Made by a program: the position numbers and the translations under genes | Source: Thermodesulfobacteriota bacterium | GTDB taxonomy: Bacteria > Desulfobacterota > WTBG01 > JAGOGO01 | Direction of reading: 5' to 3' | Assembly: GCA_026625185.1 (NCBI GenBank) | Contig: CP113000.1 | Span: forward strand, 2,832,651-2,864,650 | DNA length: 32,000 nucleotides | In this document: one piece after another, positions 14,589-20,587 of the stretch | Position numbering within the stretch: the stretch's first letter is position 1 | Layout of the letters: every line of letters begins with the position of its first letter | Notes under the pieces: generated by a model | What the model was told of the DNA's origin: nothing | Seen by the model: the letters and a program-made list of their open reading frames with translations, nothing else | Database searches by the model: none

Positions 14589-15000
14589 TTATAATGTATT
14601 GGCAACTGTTTGGGCTACTGTTTGAGCGTGTTCCTTGATTTGAGCCTTTGACTTTTCGTTTTTATCGAATTCATACAGTCTGTAAGCAACAATTATTTCT
14701 GGTTTAAGTTCTGCCTTTACCCCTTTCATTGTAAGATTGAAAAAACATTTACTAAGGCAGCCTTCCAGGGCAATGACTTTTTTGGCATTTTTCACTAAGT
14801 TTCCCGGGGCGGTATCTTTTTTAAGCGAACCCCCCCCCACTGACCAACACTGTTTTTCCCGGCGCGATTGAATCACATAAAATATTTGCCGCTTCTCTTA
14901 CGATTTCGCCATTAATACAATCCCCCTCACAGCATATCAGGGCAATGGATTCTGATAGCTGCTCTTCCCCTATGATTCCACTACCTTTTTTTTCAGTCAT
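14589..15000 (-). pseudogene. DGC-domain protein (paralog 3) split by a frameshift at a G9 tract
   Basis: The N-part is MTEKKGSGIIGEE..ALICCEGDC..APGKTVLVSGGG and the C-part is SLKKDTAPGNLVKNAKKVIALEGCLSKC.... They are in different frames and join at the C9 run 14830-14838. SD GGAGGAG precedes the ATG at 15000. Confidence 0.65.
14830..14838. repeat. C9 (G9 on the coding strand) homopolymer inside the DGC paralog 3
   Basis: Counted directly: gcgaa-ccccccccc-actgacc. Confidence 0.9.
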
Positions 15001-15132
15001 TTTTTGAATCTCCTCCAATCCTGCGCCGATGAAGTTCATCCGCGCCACAGTGTGTTTTTATCTTCTCCTGCCGTAATGACTTATAATACAAACTCAGAAA
15101 TTCTCCATCTCGATACGGTCAACAATGCTATC

Positions 15133-15846
15133 TCAGTGTGGATGACGACGCAACGATGGAGCAAGCATAGAAACTTTCTTCTTATACTCTTGATACGCAT
15201 CGCCATATTCCGCCGTCAAATCACGTTCCTCAAGGTTTGCCGCCACAACGATCCAAACCGTCCACAAAATATTAAATAATAACCTGTCCGCGGTAATAAC
15301 AGGATTTGACCAAATCAGGAGTAGCATTGCCAAATATAAAGGATGCCGCACAAATACGTAAGGTCCTTTAGAAACGACGCTCCCTTTTACGGGCGTTTTA
15401 CCCTGCATATGTTCGATTGCATCCCTTATGCCGGTAGGATCATAAAATCCCATAGACTGTATCCCCCAGAAAAATATAAATAGCCCGATAAAGAAAACCG
15501 TTCTGAGCACGAAACGCAAAACACCGCCTGCAACCAGGATATGGTCTGGGGAGGCCTGCCACAGCAAAAGCATTGCGTACAAAAAAATACCTGAAAAAAT
15601 CGCAAAAACCGCTTTCACGCATCCACCAGGCACAATCCTTGTCAGAAATGCTTGAACCGGCCTTCGTATCATGCCGCTGTGCTGAATGAAAAAGACAAGG
15701 CAAAGGCTGGCGTCAACAAACATTATGCCGCTTTTATCAAGATTGAAGTTCACCAGACCGAAAGGTTCGAAATACAGAAACCTCATAAAAGCCAGCAAAC
15801 CCCCAACGCCAAAAATTGCCGCCATACCCATAATTAAATATGTCAC
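15133..15846 (-). CDS. Membrane methyltransferase, ICMT/PEMT-like family
   Basis: Multi-TM protein with C-terminal GPYVFVRHPLYLAMLLLIWS...ANLEERDLTAEYGDAYQEYKKKV, the isoprenylcysteine carboxyl / phospholipid methyltransferase signature. Confidence 0.65.
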   Translation of the reverse strand: MTYLIMGMAAIFGVGGLLAFMRFLYFEPFGLVNFNLDKSGIMFVDASLCLVFFIQHSGMIRRPVQAFLTRIVPGGCVKAVFAIFSGIFLYAMLLLWQASPDHILVAGGVLRFVLRTVFFIGLFIFFWGIQSMGFYDPTGIRDAIEHMQGKTPVKGSVVSKGPYVFVRHPLYLAMLLLIWSNPVITADRLLFNILWTVWIVVAANLEERDLTAEYGDAYQEYKKKVSMLAPSLRRHPH

Positions 15847-15922
15847 AAACAGTTGCGTCTCCTTTCATGGTGTTGTCGCTTTTCAACAACGTTCCGTTGT
15901 CAAGAAATTCCACCCTCACTCT

Positions 15923-16002
15923 GACCCTCGCCCTCAGATAATGTGTCGTAATTAGTCATTCACCCTTCGATAAGCTCAGGATAAACTTAGCTCCGGGTGA
16001 CA
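15923..16002 (-). repeat. Dispersed repeat copy 2, inverted relative to 5040-5101
   Basis: The reverse complement reads gtcacccggagctaagtttatCCTGAGCttaTCGAAgggTGAATGaCTAATTACgACACAttatctgagGGCGAGGgtc. Confidence 0.7.
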
Positions 16003-16029
16003 TTCCTTTCTGTCATAATGAAGCCGTAG

Positions 16030-16083
16030 GGCGTGTTCCCTGAACACGCCACATTTTTAGCCGGTGCGCTCGGGGAGCGCACC
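16030..16083. repeat. Two adjacent perfect 9-bp-stem / 3-nt-loop hairpins (REP-like)
   Basis: ggcgtgttc-cct-gaacacgcc (16030-16050) and ggtgcgctc-ggg-gagcgcacc (16063-16083), 12 nt apart. Confidence 0.8.
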
Positions 16084-16214
16084 CTGCAATTACCGATAGC
16101 GATTTCGATACCGATTTTGATTAGTTAAACAGGTTTATTCGATTCCATATCTTCTTTTCCCGCCTCCTGACTTCTGTCTCCTTCGACTCTTTGCCTTTTC
16201 GACCCTTCGGCCTT

Positions 16215-16421
16215 TTATGGTTTTGATAACAACCATGATCTAATTATCTCAGGAGTGGACACATATCCAAAATGTACGACCCTGCCATCAATGACTACAA
16301 CTGGCGTCATAATCCACCCTTCCTTCTTTGCTTCATCCGCCAGAGAGATCAAAATACCGTCTAATGCCCTAGAGCCATTCTCCCGAAGCCAGCTTATGAA
16401 CCCTTTAACAGTAGTTTTCAA
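16215..16421 (-). pseudogene. Thioredoxin/glutaredoxin-fold C-terminal fragment with no intact N-terminal half
   Basis: GFISWLRENG...GWIMTPVVVIDGRVVHFGYVSTPEIIRSWL resembles helix1-beta2...beta3-beta4-helix of small thioredoxins. It has no beta1/CxxC, and the 200 nt upstream has stops in all frames. Confidence 0.4.
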
Positions 16422-16619
16422 TTCCTGCCCAATCAGCTATTTCATGACCCGTCCCCACCCTCCCTAGACGCTGAGCCTCATCCGAAGAATAAACAATCTT
16501 TCTGACTCCGTGATTGGGCACAACGCCCTCGGCTGCCTATTTGACTCATTCATACGTTTCTCAGCACCGCGGGCGGGGAGGTTCGGTTCCAATTAAAAGA
16601 CTTACGCTCTTCCCAAACA

Positions 16620-16961
16620 TCACTCCTTACAACAACCTATTTTTACCTCTTTAGATAGATTTCCCGTAGCCGGTTGTTCTAATCTCTTGGCAACCCTACT
16701 TCTGGTCAGTACCTCCCCAAATTGAGCCATAACCCTGCCTCCGGAGATAGCCATGACGATGGCTTGAACCGTCCCTATCTCCTGATCGGTAATTCCGGCC
16801 TCCTTGGCAACGCCAAGGTAATTTTCCATTCACGGATAACAGCCAATGGCCATTGATGCAGCCATGGAGACCAGGAGAGTTGTTTTGGGTTCTAAAATTT
16901 CATTGTTTCGGGTTGATTTGTAAAAATCACTAAAAGCTTTAGCCTGTCTCCCTGGAAGCAT
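16620..16961 (-). CDS. AhpD-like/CMD-family selenoprotein (CxxU active site)
   Basis: SD GGAGA lies before the ATG at 16961. It reads MLPGRQAKAFSDFYKSTRNNEILEPKTTLLVSMAASMAIGCYP-TGA(16832-16830)-MENYLGVAKEAGITDQEIGTVQAIVMAISGG.... The TGA occupies the second Cys of the CMD CxxC motif, and a SECIS-like hairpin follows. Confidence 0.8.
16802..16818 (-). promoter_or_regulatory. SECIS-like hairpin for the TGA at 16832-16830
   Basis: The RNA CCUUGGC-GUU-GCCAAGG has a perfect 7-bp stem and a G/U-containing loop, starting 11 nt after the UGA. Confidence 0.65.
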
Positions 16962-17000
16962 AAATATCTCCTTTCTGGATTTTTTGTTACCCTGTCGTAT

Positions 17001-17300
17001 TTAAATTTTAACGGAGTTTTTGGTTTGGGCTTCAACATATTCCCGGTATTCCTTCATCAGAAGATACCGGTACTCTTTCCGAGCCGAGGCAGGGATGTGG
17101 TTCTTAACTTCCAGCCTCTTTACAATTTCTTCGGCTGTATCTATACTCACCTGTCTGCCTTCTATGTAAAGGTTGGCCAGTATCTCGTCCAAGCCGATAA
17201 TAGCGATCTGGGTATTATCAAAAAACCTTAACATGCGCCGGCTAACTGTCGGCTTTTCGCTATCGCCACAGGTTCATCCTATTTTTTTAGATAGTGACAT
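17001..17300 (-). CDS. Selenoprotein candidate of unknown family (in-frame TGA at residue 9, motif G-U-T-C-G)
   Basis: SD AAGGAG lies 7 nt before the ATG at 17300. It reads MSLSKKIG-TGA(17276-17274)-TCGDSEKPTVSRR, then the track ORF MLRFFDNTQIAIIGLDEIL..., contiguous and in frame. There is no SD before the internal ATG at 17234. Confidence 0.55.
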
Positions 17301-17424
17301 ATTTCATCTCCTTAATTAATTTCCAATAACCATTCTGCCATTTGGCTGCGGCAGATTTTTTTGGAGAAGAGAATAAGAACGGTTCTCCATAGCCGCTCAA
17401 GTTTATAGAGTCTAACGTTTCATT

Positions 17425-17811
17425 TTAAAAAATCTTTTCTACTAATTGCCCGGAACATCTATTACAACATGTCTTTATTTCTCCCAGCCTTACGGCTTTT
17501 TTTAGTTTTTTTTGGTCGGCTTTAACCACCACGTCGTCATTGGCCATTACCACCATAGCATTAAGAAGAATTTTAATTTTTTTATCCTGATTTTCTTTTT
17601 TTAACGAGTAATGAACCCACTTGCCTTCCCGGCGATCATCAACCAGTCCGGCATTTTTAAGCACACTCATATGCCTGGATATCCTCGGTTGCGACATATC
17701 GAGCACCTGCATCAACTCGCACACGCAGAGTTCCCGCTCCTGTAATAGCTTGATTACCCGTAAGCGGGTATCGTCAGAAAAGGCTTTAAAAATATTAGCA
17801 ATTTTTTTCAT
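17425..17811 (-). CDS. arsR: ArsR/SmtB-family transcriptional repressor
   Basis: FKAFSDDTRLRVIKLLQERELCVCELMQVLDMSQPRISRHMSVLKNAGLV has the wHTH and the ELCVCEL As(III) site. It has an extra C-terminal CCNRC. Confidence 0.9.
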   Translation of the reverse strand: MKKIANIFKAFSDDTRLRVIKLLQERELCVCELMQVLDMSQPRISRHMSVLKNAGLVDDRREGKWVHYSLKKENQDKKIKILLNAMVVMANDDVVVKADQKKLKKAVRLGEIKTCCNRCSGQLVEKIF

Positions 17812-17823
17812 AAGCCACCTTTC

Positions 17824-17851
17824 ATAAATAAACATATAAAGATTTATTTAT
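17824..17851. promoter_or_regulatory. Candidate ArsR operator (inverted repeat)
   Basis: ATAAATAAA-N10-TTTATTTAT lies 13-40 nt upstream of the arsR ATG. Confidence 0.3.
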
Positions 17852-17986
17852 ATATTATTCCTAAAAATTAAGGTGTCAAGGAAAAAAACTAAAAAATTTT
17901 TTAGAAAAACAAACAGGTTATGGTCATCACCACTTTGATCAAGCTTGCCCCTTAATTGATACAGGCGGAACCTTTCCCCTCTGTCT

Positions 17987-18005
17987 TTCCGGACTTGATC
18001 CGGAA
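17987..18005. promoter_or_regulatory. Palindrome TTCCGGA-N5-TCCGGAA in the arsR/hemerythrin divergent region
   Basis: A perfect 7-bp inverted repeat about 50 nt upstream of a TTGACA box at 18053-18058. Confidence 0.25.
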
Positions 18006-18199
18006 TCCAGAAAAATTCTGCCCATCTTTATTGTTTGCCCTCCCCTATCCAAACTTGACAAATTTTCTCAGCATGCATAATTTGGAATCACTTATTTATA
18101 AACAGGAGGGCTTGCCTTACCTTATATCTTTTATGAAACGGATACCTTTTTACCTGACAAACCAAGCTTGATAGCAACATAATTAATGAGGAGATTTTT

Positions 18200-18736
18200 A
18201 TGAAACCAAGAGGCCCATTGATGATTGAACACCGACTCATTGAGAAAATGTTCGGCCAATCCCAAAAAGAAGTCATAAAGATGAAAAATAATAAAATAGT
18301 AGATCCACTTTTCATTGATACTATAGTGGATTTTATCCGAACCTATGCTGACCGAACTCATCACGGGAAGGAAGAAGATATCTTATTTGTAAAACTTAAA
18401 ACGAAAAATTTAAACAAAAAAGATAACACAATGATGAATGACTTAATTAACGAACACAGATATGCCCGATCCTTAGTCGTAGCTTTGGTTGATGCCAAAA
18501 ATAAATATATCAGTGGAGACAAATCCTGTTTGCCGGTTATTATCGAAAAACTGGAAACCTTGATTAATTTTTACTCCGAGCATATCAAAAAAGAGGATTT
18601 AGAATTTTTCCCGAATACTGAACTATATTTCACCAAAGAAGAATTAGATACCATGCTCTCCGATTTTTGGGAATTTGACAGAAAAATGATCCACGAAAGA
18701 TATCAAAAAGTGTTTGAAACCTTATCAAAAAAATAG
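18200..18736 (+). CDS. Hemerythrin (HHE cation-binding) domain protein
   Basis: PRGPLMIEHRLIE, ADRTHHGKEEDILF, LINEHRYA and EHIKKEDLEFFP are His/Glu ligand motifs. SD GAGGAG. Confidence 0.8.
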   Translation: MKPRGPLMIEHRLIEKMFGQSQKEVIKMKNNKIVDPLFIDTIVDFIRTYADRTHHGKEEDILFVKLKTKNLNKKDNTMMNDLINEHRYARSLVVALVDAKNKYISGDKSCLPVIIEKLETLINFYSEHIKKEDLEFFPNTELYFTKEELDTMLSDFWEFDRKMIHERYQKVFETLSKK

Positions 18737-18950
18737 ATATGATCCGGAATACAGGAAATTTGTATTGATATTGACCTTACCTACCCCAGCTTGACAAAAC
18801 CCATCAGTATGAAAAATTAGGAACCCGAGGAGGAACTCACACCGCAGGGACGACAGGAAGATTCACAACAATATGAATAAGGATGAATGCCACAACGTCA
18901 GATAACAAAACTTATCCGCATTTACTCAATAACCACCCTCTTTCATCATC

Positions 18951-19811
18951 TTATTTTAAACTTCCCAACCACCCCTCAATCTCCTCTCGCTCGTATGCTT
19001 CCTGCTGAACCGAAAGATCAAGGTTGATAAGTAAGCCGGCGTGTTTTTTAGTTTCGGTATCATTTTGTAAATCAAGATGACGTTCGCGTGATGACCGGAC
19101 ATCTTCGAGGGCTTTTTTAAGGGCGAAACCAATAGATGCGCTCAGGTCAATGTTGTTTGCCTTAAACTTTGGGTTAATGCCGTTTTCGGCTACTGGTTCG
19201 GCAACATGGGCAAGCTGCTTCATCTTAGTAAAGGCAAAATCCATAATCTCCCATCCAAGCATCTCTTCTTTCTGAAACACCCAGGATATGCGGATATGCT
19301 GGAGCATCTCAGTATATTTAGCGGCTACCATCTCCTGGACCTTTTCCACAAACCCGGCTGGCAATTTATTTTCTCCCCCTGGTTTTCCGGCAGCCATGTC
19401 GGGTTTAAGCCGGTCATGCACCCGCTGAAACTTTTTGGCATGAATCGCCGATTCCCATGCCTCACGGTGAAGAACGCGCTTGATGTGCGGATCTTCAACC
19501 TGATCAGCTTCCCCGTGGTAATGCGGAATCAATTTAAGCTCGTACTCAACATAGGATTTAAATATCGTAGCCCGGTTAGTTGGGTCAAAGGGATAGGGCG
19601 CAGGAGTCAGATTGGGTTCTCCACCCAATTTACCGATGATCATTCCAAGCCAGTGCATATGCCACATCTCTTCTCTGGCACGAGAAAGTAAGCCTGCACC
19701 AAGAGGTGTATCCTCCCCTTCCAGGTAACCATGAACTAAATAGCGGATAATCGCAGCATGCTCATCAGTCAGGTCACGATTGACCATTGCAATTAATTCA
19801 TGTTTGCTCAT
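18951..19811 (-). CDS. Ferritin-like / bacterioferritin-like diiron-fold protein (two ferritin-like halves)
   Basis: LTDEHAAIIRYLVHGY and REEMWHMHWLGMIIGKLGG in the first half, and EMLQH...KQLAHVAE in the second. Confidence 0.6.
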   Translation of the reverse strand: MSKHELIAMVNRDLTDEHAAIIRYLVHGYLEGEDTPLGAGLLSRAREEMWHMHWLGMIIGKLGGEPNLTPAPYPFDPTNRATIFKSYVEYELKLIPHYHGEADQVEDPHIKRVLHREAWESAIHAKKFQRVHDRLKPDMAAGKPGGENKLPAGFVEKVQEMVAAKYTEMLQHIRISWVFQKEEMLGWEIMDFAFTKMKQLAHVAEPVAENGINPKFKANNIDLSASIGFALKKALEDVRSSRERHLDLQNDTETKKHAGLLINLDLSVQQEAYEREEIEGWLGSLK

Positions 19812-20121
19812 AGTGTTCTCCTAATTTTTAAAATTAAGAATCAATATAGTTTAAATTTTTTCCTATGTGATCGTTGTCGATAAAATTGGTTATTAGTTTA
19901 TTATATCAACCAAATTCTCTGATATGACTCTTAAAAAATTATTTTTTGAACACCAACCACAAGGCAAATAAACTGATAAATAACTTTAATTATAGATTTT
20001 ATGTTTTTGTTATTTTTATATTATTTATATTATTTTAGAAAAAAGGAAAAATCTCGAACCAATGCATATTGCTAAGGCGCTCACAGCAAAGGACAACTGA
20101 TGAAGGAAGGTTTATAATTAT

Positions 20122-20167
20122 AAAAAAAAGTAAGGCATCTCGTCGTCAGTTGGGACAAAATGCCTTA
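20122..20167 (-). terminator. Rho-independent terminator of cspA
   Basis: On the minus RNA: UAAGGCAU-loop-AUGCCUUA (8 bp) followed by C and U8 (+ strand A8 at 20122-20129). Confidence 0.7.
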
Positions 20168-20188
20168 AATAATCAAGTTAGAAAAAAT

Positions 20189-20389
20189 TTAAGCTTTTGC
20201 TACGTTTTTGGCTACTGGTCCCCGGTCGTTTTCTTCAACATCAAAGGTAACCCGGTCACCTTCGGCAAGTGTTTTAAATCCCTGCATCGTTATAGAAGAA
20301 AAGTGAACAAATAAGTCTCTCCCATCTTCGTGTTCAATAAAACCATAGCCCTTTTTATCACTAAACCATTTAACGACTCCTTGTGCCAA
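20189..20389 (-). CDS. cspA: Cold-shock protein CspA family
   Basis: [30 protein letters not shown] carries the RNP1/RNP2 motifs. Confidence 0.95.
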   Translation of the reverse strand: MAQGVVKWFSDKKGYGFIEHEDGRDLFVHFSSITMQGFKTLAEGDRVTFDVEENDRGPVAKNVAKA

Positions 20390-20490
20390 AGCGTTAACCT
20401 CCTTACAAAAAATTAATTAAAACAGTAGGTCGCCACTCTAACAAAGGAATCTTTCCTTCCGAGCGAAACCGACCTGTAACTACCTAATTT

Positions 20491-20521
20491 TTTATAAACT
20501 ATTGTAAAGTGAAATGTCAAG
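20491..20521 (-). promoter_or_regulatory. Candidate sigma70 promoter of cspA with a long 5' UTR
   Basis: On the minus strand, TTGACA (20521-20516), an 18-nt spacer, then TTATAA, about 100 nt upstream of the ATG. Confidence 0.4.
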
Positions 20522-20587
20522 CAAAAAAATACGTCACCTCCACAAGCACCTAAACATAAAAAACTTAACTGTTACCGATAGTTCCTG

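Noticed and set aside
16437-16445. ATG-AAA-TAG in frame with ORF 16215..16421, suggesting pyrrolysine or TAG read-through.
   Set aside because: There is no other evidence for Pyl decoding, the product would still lack a redox motif, and the SD spacing is poor.
16433-16447. A UxxU active site (GS-TGA-NS-TGA-LG) for the thioredoxin remnant.
   Set aside because: It needs two additional frameshifts to connect to both the upstream KIVYSS segment and the downstream ORF. The spacing to the helix is also atypical. This is too speculative.
17334-17362. Plus-strand terminator-like hairpin TCTGCC-N10-GGCAGA followed by T7, in the arsR-downstream gap.
   Set aside because: No plus-strand gene ends here. 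On the coding (minus) strand the run is an upstream A-tract, so it is not a terminator for any annotated gene. It may only block antisense transcription.
18780-18800. A second TTGACA box (18789-18794), sharing cttgacaaa/ccttacct words with the hemerythrin promoter region, as a promoter for an sRNA or small ORF.
   Set aside because: There is no convincing -10 element. The only downstream ORF is 10 codons, and the shared words are short enough to be chance.
19812-20188. A Fur/PerR box in the AT-rich region upstream of the ferritin-like gene (TTGGTT-N16-AACCAA).
   Set aside because: The arms are only 6 bp and the interior does not match the Fur or PerR consensus sequences I know. AT-rich DNA yields such pairs by chance.
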